From Candidatus Bathycorpusculum soli (GTDB lineage Archaea > Thermoproteota > Bathyarchaeia > Bathyarchaeales > Bathycorpusculaceae), in contig JAITMO010000067.1 in the NCBI GenBank assembly GCA_031277345.1, positions 1 to 62,532 of the forward strand: 62,532 nt of DNA, read 5' to 3'. Every line of letters begins with the position of its first letter. Within the stretch, counting starts at the first letter, position 1. Shown here piece after piece: positions 41,368 to 52,332 of the stretch. The translations under genes were made by a program, and so were the position numbers. A model generated the notes under the pieces. The model was not told the origin of the DNA. It made no database searches and saw nothing but the letters and a program-made list of their open reading frames with translations.

Positions 41368-41592
41368 GGTAACCTCCGGAAACCTTTCAAATGACAATTG
41401 TTATCGACAGTTTTAGGTAGATTTTTAACTAGCATGGACTATTATATACAGTAAGATAAAGAAGACAAACTACAGAGGGCCAATTACACTTATTTGAAAC
41501 AAAAACACACCTAAAAAATAGCCGAATTAGGAATCCATTAGTAAAAACTAAAGAAGCTATTGATTGGGAAATATTCCCAAAGCCATTAAATA
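41368..41592 (+). pseudogene. IS5-family left end and transposase N-terminal remnant
   Basis: LFETKTHLK.IAELG/NPLVKTKEAIDWEIF resembles the IS5 N-terminus (LF....LEKL..LGDPL......DWE.FR), frameshifted. Candidate TIR GGTAACCTCCGGAAAC. Confidence 0.65.
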
Positions 41593-41640
41593 CGTAAAGA
41601 TTTAATGTTTGATTTGTGTTTTGTTTTAGTAGAGTGGTTG

Positions 41641-43869
41641 ATGTTGTCTGGCTCAGCTTTAGTTAAACTTAAGGCGTTTTTAATTATCGATTTAGTTATT
41701 GTTTGTGCTGCTGTTGGAGCTTATGTTTACCTTCAGAACCAAGGTGTTATAATAGGGCCTGTTAAGTCGGCTTCATTTGTTTTTTCAGATTTGGTTGTGA
41801 GCCCTGCTGAGACTTTTGTGAGTCAGCCAGTTCAGATTTCGGTTAATGTAACAAACGTTGGTAATGTTGCAGGTGAGGTTTTTATTGATCTTGAACTTAA
41901 TGGTGTTGTTTGTGAATCGGTTAGTATTGTTCTTGAGGGTTTAAATTCTCACGAAACAGTTGAATTTACAGTTGTTGAAACTGTTATTGGCGAATATAAC
42001 GTTAAAGTTGGCGGTTTGATATCGACATTTTTATTGAAGGCAGCACCACCTAACACAAGCAAGATAGCGCTATCTGTACTTAAGACTAGTCCTGTTGAGT
42101 GTTGTGTTGGTGATACTGTTAGCATTTCTGCAACTGCTAAGAATCCATCTACAAATAATGATATGTTATTAGTAAGCTTGACTGTTGATGGTGTTTTAGT
42201 TGGATCTACAGTTGTTGAATTGGCTGCGGGAGCTACTTCGATAGTTGAGTTTACTTATACTGTGTTAAAGGAGGGAACACATAATGTCAAGTTAAATTCA
42301 CTTACAGGCTCATTTGTTGTTGTGCCAGAGGGTTATCATACTCTTATTTTGGCTCGGTCAGGTGGAAGTGGTCTTCCTTTGCCGTATACAATTAATGGAA
42401 AAAGTATAGAGACTCATAGGTACACAGAAATTTTACCCGCAGGAGACTATACCATTTCAGTACCACAAACGTTTGATGTTGGAACAGGAGTTGTAGGCTT
42501 TACAGGTTGGAGCGATGGTGTTGCAAGTAGTACTAGATCAGTTACGCTTGATAAGCGTACAATTCTAGTTGCTAATTATGTTGTACTTAGTGGATATGCC
42601 TCTTGTCCCTCATTGTATATTTGGAATGGCACAGGTTATAGTTATGTTACTGACGTCTCAAATTCAGGCTGGTTAGGATACATTGGCTACATTACGGCCA
42701 ACGGCGAAATCGTTTTTAACGGTGGTAACCCTTACGATTATGTTAAACTTGACAATAAAGTGCTAACGGCTAAAGACGGATATTTTGACATTACTCTATC
42801 TCAACAGTGGGATGAACTTTTCTACCTTGACTCCGCTAATCTACTCGTTGTTGACCACCCAAAAGGCACCGACGTCTACACTACTATGTCTAACATTCTC
42901 AACAAAGGTTATACAGGACAAATATACACCACTGCAACTACTGACGTTTTCCTTGCTCCAATAACTGCCATTAACGAAAAAGGAGAAAATGTATTAACAG
43001 CAATTCTCTATCAAGATAACATCTTTACACCAGGCATTAATGGCAACGATAGCCCTGCTTGGAATAACATAGTCCAAAACCAGCTAACTCTCAACTTGGG
43101 AGACCTCTCAGAAGCAGACAGCATTAAATTAGTTATAACAGGTATGGTAGATTGGGGACCATTTGAAACATATTATGAGTGGATAAATAAATTCATAGAA
43201 GCTGGAACAGCTGGACTAATAGAGGATAACACTTCAATTACACCTGTGCCTAAAATGGAATTTCTATCACCTGACGGCAATTGGGTTGAAGTTTCTCAGA
43301 ATCGACAAATCCCTATGCCCAGCGACTACACTGCCCGAACCTTTATCGTTGACCTGACAGATTTATTCCCAAAAGATACTACTGAATACGTAGTGCGTTT
43401 CACCAACTTTTGGAATGTAACCTATGACTACATCGGCATTGACATAACTAACCAACAAGACATAACCATAACCAACCTAAAACCATCAACAGCTACACTT
43501 GGCCAGTTTTGGGACGAAACTACTTCAACATCCACGGGCGCATTCACACGTTATGGCGATGTAACACCTTTAATACAAGAAACAGATGACATGTTTATCA
43601 TTGGACGACAATGTGACCAAGTCAACATGCAATTCTACATTACAGATCTTCCAGAAATAGCCAAAAACATGGAACGCTCATACTTTCTAGTTGTTGCCTG
43701 CTGGTTCAAAGACCCACCCGACGCTTGGGGATACGGATTCACTTTCACAGTTGATCCTCTGCCATTTCTCAACATGACCGGCTTTCCTTACCCAAACAAC
43801 GAAACATATCCTTACGACACAATACACCTCACCTACCTACAAGAATACAACACACGAATAATCACCTAA
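41641..43869 (+). CDS. Secreted or anchored protein with CARDB Ig-like domains and a large C-terminal beta domain
   Basis: N-terminal TM, two CARDB-like units (ISVNVTNVG, ISATAKN), SCPSLYIWNG...ELFYLD...G.FTRYGDV...YNTR C-terminal module. Confidence 0.8.
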   Translation: MLSGSALVKLKAFLIIDLVIVCAAVGAYVYLQNQGVIIGPVKSASFVFSDLVVSPAETFVSQPVQISVNVTNVGNVAGEVFIDLELNGVVCESVSIVLEGLNSHETVEFTVVETVIGEYNVKVGGLISTFLLKAAPPNTSKIALSVLKTSPVECCVGDTVSISATAKNPSTNNDMLLVSLTVDGVLVGSTVVELAAGATSIVEFTYTVLKEGTHNVKLNSLTGSFVVVPEGYHTLILARSGGSGLPLPYTINGKSIETHRYTEILPAGDYTISVPQTFDVGTGVVGFTGWSDGVASSTRSVTLDKRTILVANYVVLSGYASCPSLYIWNGTGYSYVTDVSNSGWLGYIGYITANGEIVFNGGNPYDYVKLDNKVLTAKDGYFDITLSQQWDELFYLDSANLLVVDHPKGTDVYTTMSNILNKGYTGQIYTTATTDVFLAPITAINEKGENVLTAILYQDNIFTPGINGNDSPAWNNIVQNQLTLNLGDLSEADSIKLVITGMVDWGPFETYYEWINKFIEAGTAGLIEDNTSITPVPKMEFLSPDGNWVEVSQNRQIPMPSDYTARTFIVDLTDLFPKDTTEYVVRFTNFWNVTYDYIGIDITNQQDITITNLKPSTATLGQFWDETTSTSTGAFTRYGDVTPLIQETDDMFIIGRQCDQVNMQFYITDLPEIAKNMERSYFLVVACWFKDPPDAWGYGFTFTVDPLPFLNMTGFPYPNNETYPYDTIHLTYLQEYNTRIIT

Positions 43870-44245
43870 ACATATTGTGAAAACCCAATAGAAACTCACG
43901 TAAACCACATACAAAAATACAACACACAAACAATCCATAACCTCCATTTAAAAAAGAACACCCAAACTCGCAACTTTTTACTTCTAACCCTTTTTGCCTC
44001 GGTTATCTTTGTTGTTGTAGTATTTTGTTATCCATTACGGTTGGTTGTTAACTGTTTTATGAATTATGTATAGATGTATATTGTGTTTGAGTGTTGTGTT
44101 ACTAAAAAGTGCTAATATAGCTTTTTTTTAAAAAAACGCCTGTAAAATAAAAATTTATCTTTTAGCAGTTATTCCATAAAAAAACTCCAAGTTAGAATTA
44201 AAAAAGGTTTAATTAGTGAGAACTAAGTATTTTACATGAATTGGT

Positions 44246-45268
44246 ATGACTGGAGAGTTAATTGGTGGTATACTTAGTCTTATCATTATAGTAGGTTTTG
44301 GTGTAGCTGGTGCGCTTTCAGTTTTAATTTGGAAAAAAAACCGTGTTTCACGCGTAAGTTTTTTACGATTTATCATTCAAGCCGTTGGTTCAGCAACACT
44401 ATTTTACATATTTTCCATTAAACCATCCATTCCATTATTGTATATATTTATTACTTGGTTTGCAGCAACGCTTGTTTTAGGCAGATTTTTTTGTGGCTGG
44501 GTATGTCCGTTTGCATTCATTATGGACTTGGAGAGTGTAGTAAGAAAAACACTTAAAATTCGTTATAGAATTCTTCCAGACAAGCTCAATATCGCCCTTC
44601 ATAAAAGCCGATACATAATTTTAACAATTTTTTTGTTTCTACCCATTATCTTGTGGACACTAAACCCACCACCTGATATGAACGCAAACATTATCATGCT
44701 TCAACAATTTGCAGGACCCTTCCGTTCTTATAGCTTTATAGTCGAACCACTCACACCATTTATCGTTCCATGGACAGGCCATATTACTTTAGGAAACATT
44801 AATCTCAGCTACCCATATTTAAGTAACATCACATCTCTTATCGAAACAATTCCTGGACAAATCTTTGCTCTATTGTTTGTGTGCGTTACTTTAGCAGGCG
44901 CTTTTTTAGTTCGAAGAGTTTGGTGTCGTTTCTGCCCTACAGGCGCATCTCTAGCAGCACTTAACCAATTTAAAATTTTTAAAAAATTACCACTACTACA
45001 CATAGAAAAAGATGAAAAAAAATGCACTAGATGTGGTATCTGTAAACGGGTTTGTCTTGTACAAGTTAATGAAGTGTATGAACAAAAAGGTGGAGAAATT
45101 CGTACTTCACAATGTATGCTTTGCACAAGATGCGTAGAAATGTGTCCATATGATGATGCACTTAAAGTAAAAATAGGTAAAAAAACAGTATTTAACTCAA
45201 GAAACTGGCTAGAACCATCAATAATAAGTGATGAAAAAAATAAGCAACAAAATAGCATCAACAATTAG
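44246..45268 (+). CDS. Membrane-bound polyferredoxin (NapH/MauN-type 4Fe-4S binding protein)
   Basis: GRFFCGWVCP, RRVWCRFCP, CTRCGICKRVC, CMLCTRCVEMCP. Confidence 0.92.
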   Translation: MTGELIGGILSLIIIVGFGVAGALSVLIWKKNRVSRVSFLRFIIQAVGSATLFYIFSIKPSIPLLYIFITWFAATLVLGRFFCGWVCPFAFIMDLESVVRKTLKIRYRILPDKLNIALHKSRYIILTIFLFLPIILWTLNPPPDMNANIIMLQQFAGPFRSYSFIVEPLTPFIVPWTGHITLGNINLSYPYLSNITSLIETIPGQIFALLFVCVTLAGAFLVRRVWCRFCPTGASLAALNQFKIFKKLPLLHIEKDEKKCTRCGICKRVCLVQVNEVYEQKGGEIRTSQCMLCTRCVEMCPYDDALKVKIGKKTVFNSRNWLEPSIISDEKNKQQNSINN

Positions 45269-45389
45269 TGATTACAGTTGTAAATACTTTTGTTTATGCC
45301 TGCTGCGCAACATTGCAGAAATTTGATAATTCCACCACCAAGAATCCAACACCACTTATTTTCAAAGTTTAAACAAACATGAACAAAAC

Positions 45390-46113
45390 CCCTTTACACT
45401 AAAACATCCCCTTACCAGTGTTGGTGTATACAAATTCGTAAATACAATACAAACAATTCTTTATTTAACATACCCTCAAAAATAGAGCGCCTTTTTCTCC
45501 ATTTAAACAAACAGTAGACATTATTATGAATTGACGCTTAAACTGTACATCCTTTATACCTCCTTGTACGTGTTTGTCTATTTAGCCCTGCCATAAAGAT
45601 ATGTATAAACAAGATTTATAGAACTCTCATCAAGAAAAACAAGATTTGCCCCTTGTAAATTAGGTTGGTTTTCACGCCAGAGTTGGCGATCTTTTATAAC
45701 TGAGGGTTTTTCTTGTTCTTTTGGATGGAAACTCTTTTTTTAAAAAGTATAGTCCAGCTTTATTAATCGTTTGCTAAGGTCTACTGGGCTTATTTGTAGT
45801 TTGAATTCTTCAATTAGCTCTTTTAGAGTTGTTGTTGGTTGTTGTTTTATTTTTTGTTGTGATTTGTTGCATGGTGTGGGGTTACTTTGGTTTTTCGTCC
45901 TTTGGATTTGTGGTCTTGGTTTGGTGGTTTCGGTTGTTTTGTATAGTTCCCATGTTTTTACTACTGTACTTTGTTATGTCAGTTTCGTTTACATAGTTTT
46001 GTTTATGTTGGATTACCTTCTCTAATTTTATTCGAGGTAGATTAGGCAATATGAATACCATAATATGGATACACATCAATAGTTAATAGTTAACTAAAAG
46101 TTGAAGTGCTGTA
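45390..46113 (-). pseudogene. IS630-family element, decayed (left end, HTH and first half of DDE)
   Basis: Minus strand: TLKELIEEF...KLDYTF*KK (A7 slippery site)...LVFLDESSINL..YGRA...EGMLNKELF...GDVLV. Left end TA|CAGCACTTCAACTTTT at about 46113. Confidence 0.85.
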
Positions 46114-46147
46114 GTAACTACAAAAACTTGTTAAATTTGATAGTCCA

Positions 46148-46332
46148 ACACTCAATACATATCCAACACAACAAGGATTGAAACTTTCTACGCCTTCGTT
46201 GTCGATGAGGTTTTGTGCTTGTCCAAAAAGGAAATCCAACACAACAAGGATTGAAACACTCTGGTTCTGCCGTTACAATATCAGCAGAAGACGAGTCCAA
46301 AAAGGAAATCCAACACAACAAGAATTTGAAGC
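46148..46332 (+). CRISPR. Orphan CRISPR mini-array: 3 repeats, 2 spacers
   Basis: 37-bp repeat GTCCAAAAAGGAAATCCAACACAACAAGGATTGAAAC at 46221-46257. Copy at 46148-46184 keeps the 3' 24 nt; copy at 46295-46332 is 3'-degenerate. Spacers are 36 nt (46185-46220) and 37 nt (46258-46294). Confidence 0.88.
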
Positions 46333-46567
46333 AATGAGGCGTGTGCAGTGTAATGTTTTTGTTAACTGATCTAAAACGAAAATTCGATATGCGCACTAAA
46401 ATATTTCATAGTTAGAACTAGCTATCAATAAAAACGTCTCCTCATAACAAAAACTGTAAACATTTTTTTACATAAATTCTTTTATCAAAATAGTCTAAGC
46501 CTAAAACCCAGATACCCCAAACTATAAACCTCTCCAAACTAACAATACTCAATCTTAAGTGTTAAAA

Positions 46568-48241
46568 ATGGGTGCCACGGAAGATTTAGCTAAGACCTCT
46601 ACAAAGGCAGGATTCAATTTCTTTTGGGGACTAGTGCTCTCTACAGTTATATCCTCAGCAGGCACTATATATATCTCTAAATTTTTAGGCGAATCTGGAT
46701 ACGCACTCTATGGAATAGCACTTACTGTGCCTAATATTCTCTTTATCTTCCGCGACTGGGGCATAGGTACTGCCATAACTCGATATACCGCCAAATACCG
46801 TGCAGAAAACCGTAAAGCAGAAATCAAAAGCATATTCCTATCGGGACTCTTATTTGAACTAATAATGGGCGTTGCTCTATCAATAGTTGCTTTTCTTCTA
46901 TCAGATTACCTCGCAAATGACTACTTCCAAAGACCAGTGGCAACCCTAATCAAAATAGCTTCCCTTACAATTCTAACAGGCGGCATAGTCAATGCAGCAA
47001 CCGCTATATTCACAGGAATAGAAGAAACAACATACAACAGTATAATGATAATTTTCCAATCAATAACAAAAACACTACTAACCATAGGTCTAGTCATAAC
47101 TAGCTTCGGCGTCACAGGAGCTATCGCCGGTATTACCGCCGGATACATAATAGCATGCATCGTAGGTCTAATCTTTATAATAATAGTATACCGCAAACTA
47201 CCAAAAACCCCAAACTATACAATAAACATCAAAAAATATCTAAAAATAATGCTAAAATACTGCGCTCCCCTATCTATCGCAGGCATGCTTACTGCCCTCC
47301 TCGCACAATTCTACACATTCTTCCTTGCACGCGTCTACATAGACGACGTACTAATCGGAAACTATGCAGCAGCCCAAAACTTTGTCGTACTCATTGGTTT
47401 CTTTGCACTACCTATAACATCTGTGCTACTTCCAGCATTCTCAAAACTTGACATAAAAAAAGATAAAACCGAACTACAAAACATATACCAAGCCGCCATA
47501 AAATACTCCACACTAATAATAATTCCCGTCGTAATGATAGTGCTTAGCCTATCCACCCAAGCTATAACAACCTTATACCAAGACTCTTACACACTAACAC
47601 CCATATTCCTAACAATACTCTCAATAAGTTACCTCTTAACTGCCGTAGGCAACCTAAACTTTACCAACATTCTAAATAGCCAAAAACAAACGAAACTAAA
47701 CCTAAAATTATCCATAATAACAACAATCATCGGCTTCTCCCTAGGTTACATACTAATAACGTACTACAATGTATATGGTCTAGTCATAACCTCACTAATA
47801 GCTCCAATACCAAGCGTTATAATATCTATAATTTGGCTTAAAAAACACTACGAACTAACCACCAACTGGCTATTTTCAGCAAAAATTCTCATAACAGCCA
47901 CAATAACCGCCATACCCACATACCTCTTCATAAACTCTCTACACCTCAACAACTTTACGCTCCTACAAAACACCATAAACCAAGTAAACATACTAAACAC
48001 CATCTCAAACTACATAACCATCGGCAGTGCAATAGAACTAACTATAGGCACAATATTTTACATAATTACCTTTATAGGTCTAATAACAATAACAAAAACC
48101 CTCACTAAACGCGACATACACAACCTGCGCCAAATGACAACAAACCTAGGCCCAGTAACAAAAATAATACACCTCGCACTAAACACAATAGAAAAAACCA
48201 TGACTAAACTAAAAACAAACAAGCAACTAACAAATACCTAA
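46568..48241 (+). CDS. Oligosaccharide flippase (Wzx/RfbX, MOP superfamily)
   Basis: About 14 TM; LG..GYALYG, DWGI..AITRY.A, IGNYAAA, LLPAFSKL. Confidence 0.9.
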   Translation: MGATEDLAKTSTKAGFNFFWGLVLSTVISSAGTIYISKFLGESGYALYGIALTVPNILFIFRDWGIGTAITRYTAKYRAENRKAEIKSIFLSGLLFELIMGVALSIVAFLLSDYLANDYFQRPVATLIKIASLTILTGGIVNAATAIFTGIEETTYNSIMIIFQSITKTLLTIGLVITSFGVTGAIAGITAGYIIACIVGLIFIIIVYRKLPKTPNYTINIKKYLKIMLKYCAPLSIAGMLTALLAQFYTFFLARVYIDDVLIGNYAAAQNFVVLIGFFALPITSVLLPAFSKLDIKKDKTELQNIYQAAIKYSTLIIIPVVMIVLSLSTQAITTLYQDSYTLTPIFLTILSISYLLTAVGNLNFTNILNSQKQTKLNLKLSIITTIIGFSLGYILITYYNVYGLVITSLIAPIPSVIISIIWLKKHYELTTNWLFSAKILITATITAIPTYLFINSLHLNNFTLLQNTINQVNILNTISNYITIGSAIELTIGTIFYIITFIGLITITKTLTKRDIHNLRQMTTNLGPVTKIIHLALNTIEKTMTKLKTNKQLTNT

Positions 48242-48816
48242 AACCCTACCATACATAAACTAAAACCCTAACACCGCTTTTAAAAACGGATAATAGCATA
48301 TATTGATTAATAGTCAAAATATTGTCTGACCCGAACAGCAACAATGATAGCAAAACAGTATGTCCTAATAAGTATAAGTGTAGTGTCAGTAGCCAGATGG
48401 TTGGTGTTTTGGTTTGTTATGGTGATATCTCGGGCTGGATGTTTTGACGTTTGTGTTCGCAGAGGAGAATAAGTAATAAATAACTCTGGATAAAAATACT
48501 AACTTCTATTTTTTCATAGTAGATTCCATCGCTATAACTTTCACTTTCAAACACAACTAACACAACAAGAAACAAAACAACCACCTTAATTATCTATGTA
48601 GATAGATCCCATTTTTGTTAACATACTATAATTTTTTATACTTGTATAATGCTGCAAAAAATAATACACACTATTTAAACTGTAAAGCATCACCACCGCA
48701 CTTACGTATACAACAAAACAATTAACAAGTAGCAACAACTTTTAATTAAACAACATAAAATTTGCAACAAAAAACAACGTTTAAGTTCATCAAAACTCCG
48801 TCAAATAACGATACAC

Positions 48817-49152
48817 GTGAAAAACCCTAAACAACAAAGCACAAAACAAATTGCACAACATCGCATCGACACACTATTCAAACAAGCCGAAGCCCTGAGC
48901 AAAACAAACCCAAAACTCACAGCAGCATACATAAAAACTGCGCAAAAAATAGCAATGTCCGCCCGCACACCCCTACAAACCCGTTATAAACGACGCATAT
49001 GTAAACACTGCAACGCCCTATTAACCCCAGGCTACACCAGTCGCACCCGCATACAACAAAAAAGAGAACCACACATCATCACAACATGTTTAAACTGCGG
49101 GCACAATTTACGTATAATGCTAAGAAAAAAGGAACGCAAAAAACGTGAGTAA
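48817..49152 (+). CDS. rnp4: RNase P protein component 4 (Rpp21)
   Basis: IAQHRIDTLF, KRRICKHC..L.PG, TCLNCG. Confidence 0.95.
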   Translation: MKNPKQQSTKQIAQHRIDTLFKQAEALSKTNPKLTAAYIKTAQKIAMSARTPLQTRYKRRICKHCNALLTPGYTSRTRIQQKREPHIITTCLNCGHNLRIMLRKKERKKRE

Positions 49153-49453
49153 ACAAATAACCTCCCGTATGAAACGCCACGTCAAACACGTGCTAAAAGA
49201 CGAAAGCCCAACAATATGGGTGGGTAAAGAAGGTCTAACGCCACAACTGTCAGCAGAAGTTGAAAAACAACTGCAAAAAAACAAAATGGTAAAAATCAGA
49301 ATACTCCCAGCCGCCCTAACAGACACTAATACTGCACAAACAATAGCAACACAAGCCGCTACCCAAACAGAATCTGCACTCGTTGAAGTACGTGGACACG
49401 TATTTATACTATTCAGAAAACGTCGACAACCAATAACCACAACACCAACCTAA
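49145..49453 (+). CDS. YhbY/CRM-domain RNA-binding protein
   Basis: PTIWVGKEGL, MVKIRIL, VEVRGHVFILFR. Confidence 0.92.
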   Translation: MSKQITSRMKRHVKHVLKDESPTIWVGKEGLTPQLSAEVEKQLQKNKMVKIRILPAALTDTNTAQTIATQAATQTESALVEVRGHVFILFRKRRQPITTTPT

Positions 49454-49773
49454 CAACAATACAATAACCAACTTTCAAACATGTCTACCCTTAATTTATA
49501 CAAAATGATAATGTTATACGGAAAACTATTGCTCCAATAGTCTGTGTTAATGTAAAATGTTTGATTACTTCAAAAATAATGTTTGAACCTTTATATACTC
49601 TTACATGAAGAGTAGTGTAAACAATTACCTAATTATATATTCTGTTTGACAGGGAGTTATATTTGGTATCTTGTAGCTTAAAGATACACAATAGTTTACC
49701 TATTGTTCAGAGAATATTTATATTAGGCTTCATTGTTTTACTGCAAGGAAAAACTAAAAGGGACAAGAACATC

Positions 49774-50238
49774 TTGACAACTCCTCATGACGTACCAGCA
49801 TCCAAGTTCATCGATAAATTGGCGAAATACTTAAAGGAAAATGTCGATGAAGTTCAACCATTGTCATGGACAAGCGTAGCTAAAACAGGCATGCACGTAG
49901 AAAAGCAGCCACAAAACGTAAATTGGTGGTATACTCGTAGTGCATCTATCCTGCGCAAAGTTTACATTCATGGTCCAATAGGTCTTGAAGCTTTAAGATC
50001 TGATTATGGCGGACGAAAGAATCGCGGTAGCCAACCTGACGGCGTTAAAAAAGCTGGCGGAAGTAACATCCGTAAAATTCTTCAACAACTCGAAGCAGCT
50101 GACTTAATTGTTACCTGCAGACCACAAGGAAGAAAAATGTCTCCCAAAGGTCGCAAATTATTACAAGACATCGCTAGTAGCGTAACAAAAGAAATGATAA
50201 AAATCGTCCCCGAACTCAAAAAGTATCAAGGCGAATAA
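49774..50238 (+). CDS. rps19e: 30S ribosomal protein eS19
   Basis: TTPHDVP, WWYTRSASILRKVY, YGGRKNRG, RKILQQLE; TTG start at 49774. Confidence 0.96.
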   Translation: MTTPHDVPASKFIDKLAKYLKENVDEVQPLSWTSVAKTGMHVEKQPQNVNWWYTRSASILRKVYIHGPIGLEALRSDYGGRKNRGSQPDGVKKAGGSNIRKILQQLEAADLIVTCRPQGRKMSPKGRKLLQDIASSVTKEMIKIVPELKKYQGE

Positions 50239-50243
50239 ACAAA

Positions 50244-50573
50244 ATGTCAAATGACGAGCTTGAGAGTATTCGAAAACGAAAACTCTTGTCAATGCAAAAC
50301 CGCGTAAGCGACGAACAAAGACAAACACAAGCCGAAGACAAAATTGAAGCTCAGAAACAGGCCCTGTTAAGACAGATTCTGTCTCCTGAAGCAAGACAGC
50401 GGCTCAACAACCTAAAAATGGTTCGAGCCGACTTTACCGAACAAATCGAGCTGCAACTAATCCAGATGGCCCAAATAGGTAAATTACCTATACCCCTATC
50501 TGACGCACAACTAAAACAAATATTAATGCAGCTTCAAACACACAAGCGAGAAACAAAAATCACAAGGATATGA
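50244..50573 (+). CDS. PDCD5-like DNA-binding protein
   Basis: [29 protein letters not shown]. Confidence 0.95.
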   Translation: MSNDELESIRKRKLLSMQNRVSDEQRQTQAEDKIEAQKQALLRQILSPEARQRLNNLKMVRADFTEQIELQLIQMAQIGKLPIPLSDAQLKQILMQLQTHKRETKITRI

Positions 50574-50577
50574 AAAA

Positions 50578-50736
50578 ATGGCAAGAGTTAAACCCCCTGC
50601 AAAAAAACGCCGTTTAGCTAAAGCATCAAAAGAATCATCGTCTGTTCCAACATGGGTAGTCGCCAGAACCGACGGCAAAGTCAGAATGACCCCTAAAAGC
50701 AGACGAAACTGGCGCACAAATAAAATAAAGGCATAG
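50578..50736 (+). CDS. rpl39e: 50S ribosomal protein eL39 (below ORF-track cutoff)
   Basis: [52 protein letters not shown]; expected position in the cluster. Confidence 0.95.
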   Translation: MARVKPPAKKRRLAKASKESSSVPTWVVARTDGKVRMTPKSRRNWRTNKIKA

Positions 50737-50747
50737 GAGATACCTCA

Positions 50748-51224
50748 ATGGTTAACGCACAACAAGAACAGCAAATAATTCAAGAAACCCAAGAACTAGT
50801 AGAAATACCCGAAGACACTACAACCACTACCCAAGACCTCGCACCCATAACTGCTGCAGACATAGACATAGAAGAACCAAAGATAACCGAGGCAAAAGCT
50901 GAAAAATCAAAAAAGACAACAAAAGACGATGACATAGTCAAAGAAAGATTATACACAATCCCACTTCAAAAAGCCATGGTAAGACCACCAAAGAGACGCT
51001 CACCACGCGCAATGCAACTTGTAAAAATATTTGTAGCTAAACACATGAAAATGGCAACAACAGTTACAGAAGAAGATGACGAATTACCACAACTAATCAT
51101 AACTCCTGAAGTTAACGAAAAAATCTGGAGCAAAGGTATAGAAAAACCACCGCGCAAAATTCGAGTACGTGTAACCAAAGATAAAGACGACAACGTCACC
51201 GTCTACCTAGCTGAATCCGAATAA
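50748..51224 (+). CDS. rpl31e: 50S ribosomal protein eL31 with acidic N-terminal extension
   Basis: ERLYTIPL, KRRSPRA, VNEKIWSKGIEKPPRKIRVR. Confidence 0.95.
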   Translation: MVNAQQEQQIIQETQELVEIPEDTTTTTQDLAPITAADIDIEEPKITEAKAEKSKKTTKDDDIVKERLYTIPLQKAMVRPPKRRSPRAMQLVKIFVAKHMKMATTVTEEDDELPQLIITPEVNEKIWSKGIEKPPRKIRVRVTKDKDDNVTVYLAESE

Positions 51225-51423
51225 ACAAACATCTTCTCTTCTAAAAACACATATACAACCTTCTACAATTGGCACTAATTTTTCTTGTTATTTTGCGAAG
51301 CTTTAAATTTATGAACTGAACTTACAGTTCAAAGTTAAGCAGCAAGGTTGCAAGTTCTTTCTCAATTAACCAGTTGCGTTAAACTTGCCTGTTTTGTGCT
51401 TAAATAATAGGTTGAACAGTCCC

Positions 51424-52104
51424 TTGACCGTATATTTATCAAGCATAGGCGGAAGTCCTAGCATAGGCGTATACTCGTTAGCAACAGAAAACATAGTAAT
51501 GGTTCCACGTATGCTGACTCAACATAAAGCCCAAGAATTTGCTGATTGGCTAAACGCAAAACTAATCTACACAACCATTAGCGGCTCTCTGGTAGTAGGC
51601 GCCCTTGTATGTGCTAACTCTAATGGTATGGTACTTCCAAACACTATTCACGAAAAAGAATTAACCGACATTCAAAATGTTTTTGACGGAACAATAACCA
51701 TTATGGAAACAAAAAAAAATGCTTACGGCAATTTAATTCTGGCAAACGACAAAGGCGCTATAGCAGATCCACGTCTAAAAGAGACTGACCTTAAAAAAAT
51801 TGCTGAAACACTAAACGTAGAAGTTTTACAAACAGAAATCGCTGGGCTACCATACGTGGGCTCTTTAGCATCCGCCACAAATAAAGGCGTACTAGCTCAC
51901 CCCCTACTGAAAGAAAAAGAACGCAAAATCATAGAACAAGCACTCAAAGTACCAGTAGACGTTGGCACGATCAACTGCGGTATACCCTACGTCGGCACAG
52001 GTCTTATCGCAAATAGTCACAATGCCATTGCTGGTTCTGTGACAACAGGACCCGAGATGTTTATAATAGGGAATGCACTGGATGTTGTACAGGAAGTAGA
52101 ATAA
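51424..52104 (+). CDS. eif6: Translation initiation factor 6
   Basis: GSPSIGVY, NSNG, GNLILANDKGA, GTINCGIPYVG, GSVTTGPE. Confidence 0.95.
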   Translation: MTVYLSSIGGSPSIGVYSLATENIVMVPRMLTQHKAQEFADWLNAKLIYTTISGSLVVGALVCANSNGMVLPNTIHEKELTDIQNVFDGTITIMETKKNAYGNLILANDKGAIADPRLKETDLKKIAETLNVEVLQTEIAGLPYVGSLASATNKGVLAHPLLKEKERKIIEQALKVPVDVGTINCGIPYVGTGLIANSHNAIAGSVTTGPEMFIIGNALDVVQEVE

Positions 52105-52332
52105 ATGAAAGTTTTCAGAGTAACAGGCGAAATAAACAAGCCCAACTTGGCAACCTCCTTTGCAAAAGAACTCTTAGCAGAAAAAAGCGAACACGCTGTC
52201 GAAAAAGTTTACACCGAACTCGGTAGCAAACACAGAGTAAAAAGATACCACATAAAAATCATATCCTCTATAGAAGTTCCAGTAGATAAAATTGAAAATG
52301 AAATCCTTAAGAAAATAGTTCTTGGGGAATAA
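52105..52332 (+). CDS. rpl18a: 50S ribosomal protein eL20 (L18a/LX)
   Basis: MKVFRVTG, FAKE, EKVYTELGSKHRVKR. Confidence 0.95.
   Translation: MKVFRVTGEINKPNLATSFAKELLAEKSEHAVEKVYTELGSKHRVKRYHIKIISSIEVPVDKIENEILKKIVLGE

Noticed and set aside
46118-46396. ORFs 46118-46396 (-) and 46178-46369 (+)
   Set aside because: Spurious translations across the CRISPR repeats.
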